Assembly (NCBI GenBank): GCA_965247115.1 | Contig: CBDFGR010000003.1 | Location: 2,016,001-2,080,000 of the forward strand | Length of the DNA: 64,000 nucleotides | Reading direction: 5' to 3' | From: Myxococcota bacterium | GTDB lineage: Bacteria; Myxococcota_A; UBA9160; SZUA-336 | Part shown: positions 50,245 to 60,263 of the stretch, piece by piece | How the letters are laid out: each line of letters begins with the position of its first letter | Position numbering within the stretch: the first letter of the stretch is position 1 | Notes under the pieces: model-generated | The model's input: the letters and a program-made list of their open reading frames with translations, nothing else | What the model was told of the DNA's origin: nothing | Database searches by the model: none | Position numbers and translations under genes: made by a program

Positions 50245-50768
50245 CAGCCGTCGCTCTCGCCTGGGACCTTCTCGTCCGCTGGCTGGCTCAGCATCTCCAG
50301 CAGGAGCAGGCCCACACCCACCACGATCGCGCTGTCGGCGACGTTGAAGTCAGGGAAGACAAAGAGCCGGAGGTCGAACTGCAGAAAGTCGACCACCTCG
50401 CCCCGCGTAAGGCGGTCGATCAGATTGCCGAGGGCGCCAGCCAGAATGAGACCGAGCGAGAGCGCCTGGCGCTGATCGTCAGCTTCCAGGCTGCGGTAGA
50501 AGGACCCGATCAGCCACAACGCCGCGACCGTGAGCAGGACGAAGACCCAGACCGGAAGCTCCTGGGCCAGCCCGAATACTGCTCCCGGGTTCCTGGCATG
50601 GGTGATCTTCAGGAGACCGTCGATGACCGTGATCGGCTCCCAGGGCGACACGTTGGTGGCGACCCAGTACTTCGTGAGCTGATCGAGTGGAACGATCACC
50701 GCGAGCACGGCGGCGAGGGTGCAGAGCTTGGGTGTGGGCGAGAGCGCGCTGCGAATTCCTTCCGGCAC
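50244..50768 (-). CDS. lspA: Lipoprotein signal peptidase II
   Basis: DQLTK, NPGAVFG, GALGNLIDR, VVDF, FNVAD; GTG start at 50768. Confidence 0.94.
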   Translation of the reverse strand: MPEGIRSALSPTPKLCTLAAVLAVIVPLDQLTKYWVATNVSPWEPITVIDGLLKITHARNPGAVFGLAQELPVWVFVLLTVAALWLIGSFYRSLEADDQRQALSLGLILAGALGNLIDRLTRGEVVDFLQFDLRLFVFPDFNVADSAIVVGVGLLLLEMLSQPADEKVPGESDG

Positions 50769-50877
50769 AGCCTGATGGTAGTTCCGCCGGGAAGCGCTCG
50801 CACATGGCCTCCCTTGCGGCTCCCCAGCCACCCGGGCATCCTCGCTCCCGGCCTCAATCCGGGCCAGGGGCGCGCGC

Positions 50878-52302
50878 ATGGCCGAAGCGAAGACATCCCC
50901 GACCTGGGGCGGGCGCTTCGAGAAGGGCGCCGACCCGAAGCTCGAGAGCTTCGGGAGCTCCACCGGGTTCGACGTGAAGCTCGCGCGGCACGAGATCCGC
51001 GCCAGCCAGGCCCACGCGCGCATGCTCGGCCAGCAGGGCATTCTCTCCGCCGAGGAGGCCCAGGAGCTGGTGAAAGGGCTCGCGCAGGTCGGCGCGGAGC
51101 TGGCAGACGGCGCGCTCCAGCTCGATCCGGCCCTGGAGGACATCCACATGAATGTGGAGCGACGCCTGGGTGAGCTCGTGGGGAGTGTCGCGGGCAAGCT
51201 CCACTCCGGGCGCAGTCGCAACGACCAGGTAGCCACCGCGTTCGCGCTGTGGATGCGCGAGGGCATCACGGGGACGCGAGCGGCCCTGCTGGACCTGCGG
51301 GCTGCACTCGTCGAGCGAGCGGCCAGCGAGATCGAGGTCGTGCTGCCGGGCTACACGCACCTGCAACGGGCGCAGCCGGTACGGCTCTCGCACCACTGGC
51401 TGGCTCACTTCGAGGCGCTCACGCGGGACGACGGACGCCTGGCGGACGCGCGGGCGCGCATTTCCACCTCACCGCTCGGCTCCGGTGCGCTGGCGGGGAC
51501 CACGCTTCCCATCGACCGCGAGAGCACTGCAGAGTCGCTCGGCTTCGCGGGCCCGGCGCGGAACAGCCTCGATGCGGTTTCCGCACGCGACGCCGCCCTG
51601 GAGCTCCTGGCCGTGCTGGGAATCCTGATGGTCCACCTGTCTCGAATCTGCGAAGAGCTGGTGCTCTGGAGCACGTCGGAATTCGGGTTCGTCGAGCTCG
51701 ACGACGCCTTCAGCACCGGCTCGAGCCTGATGCCCCAGAAGAAGAACCCGGACGTGCCCGAGCTGGTGCGGGGGAAGTCCGGCCGCGTGGTCGGCGATCT
51801 GGTCAGCCTGCTGATGACCGTGAAAGGGCTGCCGCTGGCCTACAACCGCGATCTGCAGGAAGACAAGGAGCCGGTATTCGACGCGGTCGAGACCGCGACC
51901 GCGTGCCTCGACATCCTGGCCGCGACTCTGCGGACGCTGCGCGTGCGCTCCGAAGTCATGCTGGAGGCCGCCTCCGACGGCATGCTGCTGGCGACCGACC
52001 TGGCAGAGCACCTGGTGGAGCGGGGGGTTCCGTTCCGCGAGGCGCACGGGATCGTTGGGGGCGTGGTCAAGCACGCGCTCGAGTCCGGGCAACCGCTGTC
52101 GGAGCTCAGCCAAGCTACGCTCGTGGGGATCCATCCGGCGCTGGATATCGAGCCCAGCGCCTTCTTCTCCGTCGAGCGCTCCATCGAGGCGCGGCGTGCT
52201 CCCGGGAGCCCGGCGCGTCACAACGTCCTGCGCAGCCTCGAAGAGGCCAGGTCCCAGCTCGAGCAGACCCGGGCCGAGCTCGTCTCCACGGAGCCGGCAT
52301 GA
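50878..52302 (+). CDS. argH: Argininosuccinate lyase
   Basis: WGGRF, EDIHM..E, GRSRNDQ, PGYTHLQRAQP, GSSLMPQKKNPD, YNRDLQEDK. Confidence 0.97.
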   Translation: MAEAKTSPTWGGRFEKGADPKLESFGSSTGFDVKLARHEIRASQAHARMLGQQGILSAEEAQELVKGLAQVGAELADGALQLDPALEDIHMNVERRLGELVGSVAGKLHSGRSRNDQVATAFALWMREGITGTRAALLDLRAALVERAASEIEVVLPGYTHLQRAQPVRLSHHWLAHFEALTRDDGRLADARARISTSPLGSGALAGTTLPIDRESTAESLGFAGPARNSLDAVSARDAALELLAVLGILMVHLSRICEELVLWSTSEFGFVELDDAFSTGSSLMPQKKNPDVPELVRGKSGRVVGDLVSLLMTVKGLPLAYNRDLQEDKEPVFDAVETATACLDILAATLRTLRVRSEVMLEAASDGMLLATDLAEHLVERGVPFREAHGIVGGVVKHALESGQPLSELSQATLVGIHPALDIEPSAFFSVERSIEARRAPGSPARHNVLRSLEEARSQLEQTRAELVSTEPA

Positions 52303-52451
52303 GGCGCCCGCTCACGCTCCTCCTGGCCCTTGCCCTGTGCCTGCTCGCCTGCGGGCACTACGGTCCCGCGAAGCGACCGGGTCTCCAGCCGACCCCGGCA
52401 TCGGACGCCTCGGAAACGGACGAGTCCGAGGAGACGGAGAAGAGCGAGTGA
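52299..52451 (+). CDS. Small lipoprotein (LptM/YifL/LppL-like)
   Basis: MRRPLTLLLALALCLLA-CGHYGP lipobox; position directly upstream of dapF as for yifL. Confidence 0.7.
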   Translation: MRRPLTLLLALALCLLACGHYGPAKRPGLQPTPASDASETDESEETEKSE

Positions 52452-53293
52452 CCGCCACGAGGAAGCTTCCGTTCGCCAAGATGCACGGCGCGGGCAACGA
52501 CTTCGTCGTCATCGACTGCACGAACGGAGATCTCGGCCTTGACTGGTCCGAGTTCGCACGCACCGCCCTGGATCGACGCTTCGGCATCGGCGGCGACCAG
52601 CTCCTGCTCTGTCAGCCCTCAGGCGAGGCGGATTTTTTCATGGGCATTCGCAACCCCGACGGCAGCACGGCCGAGATGTGCGCGAACGGCATCCGCGCCT
52701 TCCTGAAGTACGTGCGCGACCGGGGACTGGACAGCCGCGATCAGATCCGTGTCGAGACGCTGGCCGGCATTGTGACGCCGCGCTGGCTGGGAGACGACCA
52801 GGTGGAGGTCGAGATGCCCCCGCCGGAGCTCCGGCCCAAGCGCATCCCCGCGGAGCTCGGCGGGGAGGGTCCCCTCGTGGAGGTCCCGCTGCAGCTCGAG
52901 AGCCAGCGCCTGCTCGTCAGCGCCGTCTCGATGGGAAATCCGCACTGCGTGATCTTCGTCGACGACCCTGAGAGCACGCCCGTCGAGCAGATCGGACCGC
53001 AGATCGAGAGCCACCCTGCGTTCCCCAAGCGCACGAACGTGGAGTTCGTGGCGCTGCGCTCGCGCAGCCTGCTCGAGCAGCGCACGTGGGAGCGAGGAAC
53101 GGGCGAGACGCTCGCCTGCGGCAGCGGGGCGTGTGCGAGCTGTGTCGCTGCGGTCCTTGCCGGAAAGAGCGAGAGGGATGTTCAAATCCGCCTCCGAGGC
53201 GGTACGCTACGGGTACGCTGGCCCGAGGACGACGGACCGGTCTGGCTCACGGGACCCGCGGCACACATCTTTAGTGGGGAGATCGAGATCTGA
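52448..53293 (+). CDS. dapF: Diaminopimelate epimerase
   Basis: FAKMHGAGNDF, NPDGS.AEMCANG, MGNPH, WERGTGETLACGSG. Confidence 0.96.
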   Translation: MTATRKLPFAKMHGAGNDFVVIDCTNGDLGLDWSEFARTALDRRFGIGGDQLLLCQPSGEADFFMGIRNPDGSTAEMCANGIRAFLKYVRDRGLDSRDQIRVETLAGIVTPRWLGDDQVEVEMPPPELRPKRIPAELGGEGPLVEVPLQLESQRLLVSAVSMGNPHCVIFVDDPESTPVEQIGPQIESHPAFPKRTNVEFVALRSRSLLEQRTWERGTGETLACGSGACASCVAAVLAGKSERDVQIRLRGGTLRVRWPEDDGPVWLTGPAAHIFSGEIEI

Positions 53294-54174
53294 TGGAACT
53301 CCGGGGAACCTACACCGCACTCGTAACGCCATTTCGCGCTGACGGAGGTATCGACTTCGACTCGCTCTCCTCGCTCGTGGAGTGGCAGATCGAGTCGGGG
53401 ATCGACGGACTGGTCCCGTGCGGCAGCACGGGAGAGGCGGCCACCCTCTCCCACGCCGAAGACGGGAGCGTGGTTCGTCACGTGGTCGACGTCGTGGCCG
53501 GGCGCGTACCGGTCGTGGCTGGAACGGGCTCCAACTCGACGCGCGAGGCGGCTGGGCGCACGCGGGAGGCCCGCGAGTCCGGGGCCGACGGCGCGCTGCT
53601 CATCTCGCCGTACTACAACAAGCCCACGCAGGACGGGATCTTCCTCCACTACCGCGAGGTCGCGGAAGAGTCGGGGCTACCCCTTGTGCTGTACAACATC
53701 CCGGGGCGCACGAGCTCGCGGATTGAGCCGGAGACCACGGCACGCTGCTCGCGCCTCCCGGGAGTGATCGGCCTCAAGGAGGCGGGCGGCGACCTGGGTC
53801 TGAGCTCCGAAACCATCGCGCAGTCCGACCCGGACTTCTCGGTCGTTTCCGGCGACGACTCCCTGACCCTGCCGTTGCTCGCCATCGGCGGGCGCGGCGT
53901 GATCTCCACCACGTCGAACGTGGCACCGGTGGAGATGGCTGCCATCGTGCAGGCCTTCTTCGACGGCGACACCGAGCGTGCGCGGCGCCTCCACTACGAG
54001 CTGCTTCCGCTCATGAACGCGCTCTTCATCGAGACGAACCCGATTCCGGTCAAGACCGCCTTGCAGATCCAGGGACGCATCGCGGATGCCACACTGCGGC
54101 TTCCCCTGACGGAGATGCAGAAGGGCAATCGCGACCAGCTCGAGGCCGCGCTCGGAGCCCTCGACCGCGCATGA
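53293..54174 (+). CDS. dapA: 4-hydroxy-tetrahydrodipicolinate synthase
   Basis: ALVTPF, GSTGE, PYYNKP, LYNIPGRT, GLKEA, NPIPVK. Confidence 0.96.
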   Translation: MELRGTYTALVTPFRADGGIDFDSLSSLVEWQIESGIDGLVPCGSTGEAATLSHAEDGSVVRHVVDVVAGRVPVVAGTGSNSTREAAGRTREARESGADGALLISPYYNKPTQDGIFLHYREVAEESGLPLVLYNIPGRTSSRIEPETTARCSRLPGVIGLKEAGGDLGLSSETIAQSDPDFSVVSGDDSLTLPLLAIGGRGVISTTSNVAPVEMAAIVQAFFDGDTERARRLHYELLPLMNALFIETNPIPVKTALQIQGRIADATLRLPLTEMQKGNRDQLEAALGALDRA

Positions 54175-54965
54175 CACGCGTCGCGGTCGTCGGAGCCGCA
54201 GGTCGCATGGGCCACCACATCCTGCGGGCCCTGGAGTCCAGAGCGTCGTTCGACGTCGGCGCGGCCCTCGATAGCTCGAGCCACCCCGACCTCGGCAAGG
54301 AGGTCTCCCCTGGCGTCGAGCTCACGAGCGACCTCGGGGCGGCCCTCGCGAGTTGCGACGTCGCCATCGACTTCTCCGTCCCGTCCTCGACCCTTGAGCT
54401 GATCGCCGAGGCGAGACGCGCAACCGTCGCGAGACGCGCAACCGTCCCCCTCGTCATCGCGACGACCGGATTCGAGGAGCCACAGCTCGAAGACATCCGC
54501 AACGCTGCCGAGCAGCTACCGATCGTCATGGCCGCAAACTACTCGCTCGGCGTAAACGTCCTACTCGACCTGGCAGCGGAGGCCGCGCGCCGGCTCGAGG
54601 GCTACGAGATCGACATCCTCGAGATGCACCACGACCAGAAGGTCGACGCCCCGAGTGGCACGGCTGTGCGCCTGGGCCGCACCGTCGCCGCTGCCAGGGG
54701 CCAGGACTTCGACCGCGTCGCCATCTACCAACGCGAAGGCCAGACGGGCCCCCGCTCCCCCGACGCGATCGGAATGCAAACCCTCCGCCTGGGCGACAGC
54801 GTCGGCGAACACACCATCTACCTGGCAGGCCCCGGCGAACGGCTGGAGCTCTCCCACCGAGCCCTCTCCCGAGAAAACTTCGCCACCGGCGCCCTCCGCG
54901 CCGCCACCTGGATCCAAGACAAACCCCCGGGCCTCTACTCGATGGGTGACGTCCTCGGCTCTTAA
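54171..54965 (+). CDS. dapB: 4-hydroxy-tetrahydrodipicolinate reductase
   Basis: GAAGRMG, IDFS, TTG, EMHH..KVDAPSGTA, GEH, FATGA. Confidence 0.96.
   Translation: MTRVAVVGAAGRMGHHILRALESRASFDVGAALDSSSHPDLGKEVSPGVELTSDLGAALASCDVAIDFSVPSSTLELIAEARRATVARRATVPLVIATTGFEEPQLEDIRNAAEQLPIVMAANYSLGVNVLLDLAAEAARRLEGYEIDILEMHHDQKVDAPSGTAVRLGRTVAAARGQDFDRVAIYQREGQTGPRSPDAIGMQTLRLGDSVGEHTIYLAGPGERLELSHRALSRENFATGALRAATWIQDKPPGLYSMGDVLGS
54411..54446 (+). repeat. Perfect 18-bp tandem duplication inside dapB (ARRATV x2)
   Basis: gcgagacgcgcaaccgtc repeated twice. Confidence 0.9.
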
Positions 54966-54983
54966 AGGATCAGCCTGCAGGGA

Positions 54984-55102
54984 GGCGGTGGAGGTCGGGA
55001 AACTTCCCCCGCAGGATCGTGTAGCGGTGCCCGAGGCGACCCCGCTGCAGATCCAGCTGAGTAGCGAGATCCGGCGGGGGAAGTTTCCCGACCTTCGCCG
55101 CC
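54984..55102. repeat. REPIN/MITE-like palindromic element, family A copy 1
   Basis: 35-bp inverted arms (3 mismatches) containing GGTCGGGAAACTTCCCCC; core shared with 59209-59333. Confidence 0.8.
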
Positions 55103-55127
55103 GGATTCCCGACGAGAGCTCTTCCCT

Positions 55128-56552
55128 TTAGATATCGAAGTACAGCTCGAACTCATGCGGATGAGGCCGCAACGCAACCTGCTTGCACTCTCTCTCCCGC
55201 TTGTACTCGATCCAAGTCGACAGCGCGTCCTCCGTGAAGACATCGCCCTTCAGCAAGAACTCGTGATCCTCTTCCAGGCAGTCGAGAGCCTCTTCGAGCG
55301 TCCCAGGCATCACGGGCACGTGCGCGAGCTCCTCTGGCGACAGGGCGTAGATGTCCTTGTCGAGCGGGTCACCGGGGTCGATCTTGTTCTCGATCCCGTC
55401 GAGGCCGGCCATCAGCATGGCCGTGAACGCCAGGTACGGATTGCAGGTCGGATCGGGGAAGCGGATCTCGACGCGCTTTGCCTTCGGGCTCGGCGAGTAC
55501 ATCGGAATGCGGGCAGCCGCTGAACGATTCCGACTCGAGTACGCCAGGCTGACCGGAGCCTCGAAGCCTGGCACCAGACGTTTGTAGGAGTTCGTGGTCG
55601 GGTTCGTGAACGCCGCGAGGGCGCGCGCGTGCTGGAGCACACCACCAATGTAGTACAGACAGTCCGACGAGACGCCCGCGTACTCGTTGCCGGCGAAGAG
55701 CGGCTGGCCGTCCCGCCAGAGCGACTGGTGGACGTGCATGCCCGTGCCGTTGTCGTCGAAGACGGGCTTTGCCATGAAGGTCACCGTCTTGCCCGCGCTT
55801 CTTGCGACGTTCTTGACCACGTACTTGTAGAGCAGGAGCGAGTCCGCCATCTCTACCAGCGGCTTGAAGCGCATGTCGATCTCGGCCTGCCCTGCCGTCG
55901 CGACCTCGTGATGCTGGGCCTCGATCTGGATCCCGAGCTCCTCCATCTGCAGGACCATCTCGCTGCGAAGGTTCTGGAGCGAATCGCTCGGCGGGACCGG
56001 GAAGTATCCCTCCTTGTAGCGCGGCTTGTAACCCAGGTTCGGGCCCTCCTCCCGGCCGCTGTTCCAGCGGGCCTCGACCGAGTCCACGTAGTAGAAGCCC
56101 GAGCTCTGGCTCGTCTGATAGCGAACGTCATCGAAGATGAAGAACTCGGCCTCGGGTCCGAAGTAGGCCGTGTCCGCGATGCCGGTGAGCTTCAGATAGT
56201 TGATCGCCTTGGTGGCGATGTGCCGCGGATCTCGGGTGTACGACTCGCGCGTGATCGGGTCGACGATGTTGCAGATCATCGACAGGGTGGGATGATCGCA
56301 GAACGGATCGATGAAGGCGGTGTCCGGATCCGGAACCACGAGCATGTCGCTGGAATCGATGCTCTGCCAGCCGCGAATGCTCGAGCCGTCGAAGCCGAGC
56401 CCATCCTGGAAGGTGGACTCCTCCAGCTCGTGAAGGGGGACCGTGAAGTGCTGCCACATTCCGGGCCAGTCAATGAACTTTAGATCGACGAGCCGCGCGC
56501 CCTTGGCGCTCGCGAAGTCCAGTACGTCCTTGGGGGTTCTAGGGGTATGCAT
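55128..56552 (-). CDS. glnA: Glutamine synthetase type I (beta)
   Basis: [45 protein letters not shown] adenylylation region. Confidence 0.98.
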   Translation of the reverse strand: MHTPRTPKDVLDFASAKGARLVDLKFIDWPGMWQHFTVPLHELEESTFQDGLGFDGSSIRGWQSIDSSDMLVVPDPDTAFIDPFCDHPTLSMICNIVDPITRESYTRDPRHIATKAINYLKLTGIADTAYFGPEAEFFIFDDVRYQTSQSSGFYYVDSVEARWNSGREEGPNLGYKPRYKEGYFPVPPSDSLQNLRSEMVLQMEELGIQIEAQHHEVATAGQAEIDMRFKPLVEMADSLLLYKYVVKNVARSAGKTVTFMAKPVFDDNGTGMHVHQSLWRDGQPLFAGNEYAGVSSDCLYYIGGVLQHARALAAFTNPTTNSYKRLVPGFEAPVSLAYSSRNRSAAARIPMYSPSPKAKRVEIRFPDPTCNPYLAFTAMLMAGLDGIENKIDPGDPLDKDIYALSPEELAHVPVMPGTLEEALDCLEEDHEFLLKGDVFTEDALSTWIEYKRERECKQVALRPHPHEFELYFDI

Positions 56553-56570
56553 CAGCTCCTCCGTGCGGGT

Positions 56571-56993
<423 letters not shown>

Positions 56994-57022
56994 TCACCAC
57001 CACTCCTCGCAACCTACCTTCC

Positions 57023-57061
57023 TGCCTAGAAAATAGGCAGGACTGCTCCACTGCCTGAGCA
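57023..57061. promoter_or_regulatory. Paired dyads, candidate NtrC-type enhancer
   Basis: TGCCTAGAAAATAGGCA (17 bp) and TGCTCCACTGCCTGAGCA, centres ~21 bp apart, ~75-115 bp upstream of the sigma54 site. Confidence 0.55.
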
Positions 57062-57068
57062 GCGTCAA

Positions 57069-58400
57069 TCAGTCGAAGACGTATGACACCTCCACGATTC
57101 CATACAGGGCATCGTCTTCGAAGCCGGAGCTGCTGTCGTCAGGGAAGATGTTGCCCCCGCCTCCGATCGTCCGGTCGTCGTCAGCCTTGTCGTAGCGGAG
57201 CTCGGTGCGGACCGTCAGGTGGTCTGTGAGCGCATACCTGAGGGTTCCAGTCAGGCTGTACGCCTCGAAGTCCGTCGTCACACCCGGGATCGTTCCCGAG
57301 ATACCGCGGATCGCCTCGTCGTCCTCGAAGTACTCCCCGCGCAGGGCGAAGCTCAGCTTGTCGGTGATGGTGAGGTTCGTTCCCAGCGCGATCCCCAACC
57401 AATCGGCGTCGCCGCCCGTTGGGTCGCCATCCTCTTGCTCGCCGTAGTCGACGTTCAGCCAGAAGGAGATCTCGTCGTTCAGCGTGTAGCTGGCGACCAG
57501 GTCGAGGATGAGCTGGTCGTCCGACGACCCGGGTTGACCCATCATCCCCTGGAACGCGTCGGCGCCGTGGTAGGTCGCGAGCGACGTGAAGAAGGGTCCC
57601 TGCTCGAACGAGATCAGGCCGATCACCCCCTTGCTGTCGTTGGTCTCGACGGTGTTGTTGAACCCGTTCACGACGCCGACGCTCCAGCCTACGTTCTCGC
57701 CGAGGCTGCCGCCCGCCATCAGCCCGGTGTGGTAGAGCGGGATGGCCCACGTGAAGAGAATGCCGTGCGTGACGTTGTAGTTCTTGTGCGAGTCGAGCAG
57801 CTCCCAGCCCAGCAGCGTCTCGAAGTTCCCCATCTTGAGCTCGACGCCGTTGTAGTTGTACGAGACGTAGGCCTGCTGAACGAACAGGCTGAAGTCATCG
57901 TCGCCAAAGGCACCCGCGCCGCCCGCTGTGGGTGACAGGAAGCGTGAGATGTCCGCGTTCTGGCCGTACAGCAGGTCGAGCTGGAAGCCCGCATCGCCCG
58001 GGTTGGTTGCGGGCTTGCCGATCTCCAGCTTGGCCGCGTCGAGACTGAACTCGTTGTTGTTGCAGTTGAACTGGCACAGCGGCTGGCCGCCGCTCGGACC
58101 GCTACGCGGGCTGTTGAAGTTGTAGAGGTACGACGTGGTGACGTGGCCGCCGACCTCCAGGCTCTGGAAGAAAGAATCGACCCCCGAGCCTTGAGAGACA
58201 GCAGGAGCTGCTTGGGATTTGAGCAGACCCTGCTGCTCTTCGATCACCCGCTCGCTGGCGTCGAGCTTGTCCTCGAGCGCCAGGAGACGCTCCTCCAGCG
58301 CCTGCATGCGCGCCTCGGACGCGTCGTCTGCGAATGCCGTTGTCGACCCGAAAACCCCCATGACGAGGGCGGTTACGAGCCCGACGAGCCTTCCGTACAT
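57069..58400 (-). CDS. Outer-membrane beta-barrel porin with N-terminal coiled coil
   Basis: Signal peptide, coiled coil, alternating beta strands (VQQAYVSY, LRGEYF, RTELRYD), C-terminal YVF. Confidence 0.85.
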   Translation of the reverse strand: MYGRLVGLVTALVMGVFGSTTAFADDASEARMQALEERLLALEDKLDASERVIEEQQGLLKSQAAPAVSQGSGVDSFFQSLEVGGHVTTSYLYNFNSPRSGPSGGQPLCQFNCNNNEFSLDAAKLEIGKPATNPGDAGFQLDLLYGQNADISRFLSPTAGGAGAFGDDDFSLFVQQAYVSYNYNGVELKMGNFETLLGWELLDSHKNYNVTHGILFTWAIPLYHTGLMAGGSLGENVGWSVGVVNGFNNTVETNDSKGVIGLISFEQGPFFTSLATYHGADAFQGMMGQPGSSDDQLILDLVASYTLNDEISFWLNVDYGEQEDGDPTGGDADWLGIALGTNLTITDKLSFALRGEYFEDDEAIRGISGTIPGVTTDFEAYSLTGTLRYALTDHLTVRTELRYDKADDDRTIGGGGNIFPDDSSSGFEDDALYGIVEVSYVFD

Positions 58401-58511
58401 GGTCCTGGACTCCCCTCCGTCCGCCGTCCCCGCGCGGGCGACGAACCCCGACCTCGTCCCCGCGAAACCGACGCAAGGGAAGCATGAGATCCGTTCAGGG
58501 AAGGACCCCAG

Positions 58512-58527
58512 TGCAACTCCGGTGCCG
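58512..58527 (-). promoter_or_regulatory. Sigma54 (-24/-12) promoter of the porin gene
   Basis: Minus strand CGGCAC-CGGAG-TTGCA. Confidence 0.72.
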
Positions 58528-58532
58528 AGCGC

Positions 58533-59186
58533 CTACGACCGGAAGTCGCGTAACCAGCCCAGCGTTCGAGGCGTCAGCGCCTCGGACAGCTCCGGCTCGA
58601 GCAGCTCGAGGTCGGCCCCCGTGTCCACGTCGTAATGCGGGGGCAACAGCTCGGTACGGAGCCCAGCCTCCCTCGCGCGCTCGAGCGTCTGCTCGAGCAC
58701 GCTGGCGGTACTCATCTCGAGCTCGAACAACGCATCCTGGGGCTCCCGCAGCCCGATCAGGTTGTAGCCCCCATCGAGGTCGGGACACAGAACCACGTCA
58801 CTGTTCTCGAGCCGGGCAAAGGCCTCCTCGATCCGTTCGATCGGAAGCGTGGGACTGTCGCTGCCCCGCAGCACCAGCCGCGTGTAGCCCTCTACGACAT
58901 GGCGATGAAACAGATACTGCATCCGCTCGGCCAGGGTGTCTCCACGCTGCGGCAGCAGCCTGTACCCCTCCGGAACTGCGCTCCGAAACCACTGCTGTGC
59001 AGAGGTCGGCTCGTACCAGAGCACCCGATCAACGCCATCGCCCCGCGAGTGCTGATCGAGAATGTCGCGCAGCATCGCCTCATAGAACGAAGCCGCCTCC
59101 TCGAGAGAAAAGGGCGGCGAAAGCCGGGTCTTCACCTTCCCGGCCACCGGTTGCTTCGCGAACAACGCAAGCACGCGTGCGGGCAC
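58533..59186 (-). CDS. DUF2064/TIGR04282-type glycosyltransferase-like protein
   Basis: FAKQP..GKVKTRL, QRG.TL.ERM, GSDSP, P..DGGY.LIG, YDVDT..DL. Confidence 0.85.
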   Translation of the reverse strand: MPARVLALFAKQPVAGKVKTRLSPPFSLEEAASFYEAMLRDILDQHSRGDGVDRVLWYEPTSAQQWFRSAVPEGYRLLPQRGDTLAERMQYLFHRHVVEGYTRLVLRGSDSPTLPIERIEEAFARLENSDVVLCPDLDGGYNLIGLREPQDALFELEMSTASVLEQTLERAREAGLRTELLPPHYDVDTGADLELLEPELSEALTPRTLGWLRDFRS

Positions 59187-59208
59187 TGGCGGGGATTATA
59201 GGGGGGCC

Positions 59209-59333
59209 GGGAGCCGGAGGTCGGGGGAACCTTCCCCGGCGGACTCCGCTCCTTGCGTGCTCAGAGGGGCCTGCTCGCCTCGGGTACCGCTACCACAGTC
59301 CGCCGGGGAAGGTTCCCCCGACCTCCGGCTCCC
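59209..59333. repeat. REPIN/MITE-like palindromic element, family A copy 2
   Basis: Perfect 37-bp inverted arms GGGAGCCGGAGGTCGGGGGAACCTTCCCCGGCGGACT. Confidence 0.85.
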
Positions 59334-59342
59334 TTTGGCTCT

Positions 59343-60260
59343 CTATTCGGGGCCTGTGACCGTGGTGGGAATGCCTTCGATTTCTAGGCTGGTGCCGGGC
59401 TGAGCCTGATTCTTGTGGACGTAGCCAAGCGCCAGCGGGCCTGTGGCGGCCGAGCTCGCAGCGCTCGTCACGCGGCCCACGTTTTTGCCATCAGCCATGA
59501 TCTTGGCTCCAGGAGCCACGGGCTGCTCGGGAGCGAGCGTGACGAGCAGCCGATTCACCGCGCCGCGCGAGTCGATACGCGCAACGATCTCCTGTCCGAC
59601 GTAGCAACCCTTGGTGAACGATACGGCTCGGTCGAGACGCGCTTCCTGGGGGAAGCTCCGGTCCGTGAAGTCGATGCCGTGCGCTGGGCGGCAGCCCTGG
59701 ATGCGCAGTACTTCACACGCCTCTGAAGAGAGGGAGGGCAGCTCGAGCGCCACCCGTAGGTCCGCCAGGGCCGCAGGGTCGCCGAGGATGCGGGCGCCTT
59801 CGGGCCCGAGGCTGCCGCCAGCGAGCCAGATGCGTCCGGACTCGTCGACCTCGAAGTGCCCGAGCGCCAGTGCGGCAGGAGCGTGTCCCGCGATCGCGGC
59901 CAGAGCACCCGGGCCCTCGATCCCGAGCTGCTCCCAGCCCTGCAACCGCACCAGCTCCACGTCGTCGGCAATGATGTGCTTCTCGAGCGTCTCGGCCAGA
60001 AGCGGCTCCACCGTTCCGAGCATGTCGAGCAGGACTTCGTCGGGCAGCACCAGGAGCGAGAGCTCTGCCAGGATGTGGCCTTTTCGGTCCAGCTGGAGCG
60101 AGTCACACAGCTCGCCCGGAGCCAGGATGGCCACGTCGTTGCTGACCATCCCGTTCAGGAAGCGGACGCGATCTCCCCCCGTCACGCGGATCACGCCTCG
60201 CGGACCCAGCTCACGAAGCGCGACGGAAGAGCCAACGACCTCCTCGAACGTCTCAGCCAT
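59343..60260 (-). CDS. ygfZ: Folate-binding YgfZ / GcvT-like protein
   Basis: G.DR.RFLNG..SND, FTKGCYVGQE signature. Confidence 0.92.
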   Translation of the reverse strand: MAETFEEVVGSSVALRELGPRGVIRVTGGDRVRFLNGMVSNDVAILAPGELCDSLQLDRKGHILAELSLLVLPDEVLLDMLGTVEPLLAETLEKHIIADDVELVRLQGWEQLGIEGPGALAAIAGHAPAALALGHFEVDESGRIWLAGGSLGPEGARILGDPAALADLRVALELPSLSSEACEVLRIQGCRPAHGIDFTDRSFPQEARLDRAVSFTKGCYVGQEIVARIDSRGAVNRLLVTLAPEQPVAPGAKIMADGKNVGRVTSAASSAATGPLALGYVHKNQAQPGTSLEIEGIPTTVTGPE

Positions 60261-60263
60261 CGT

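Noticed and set aside
57020..57042. Intrinsic terminator after the porin gene
   Set aside because: The 9-bp dyad has no U-tract on the coding strand; it fits an enhancer dyad better, though a dual role is not excluded.
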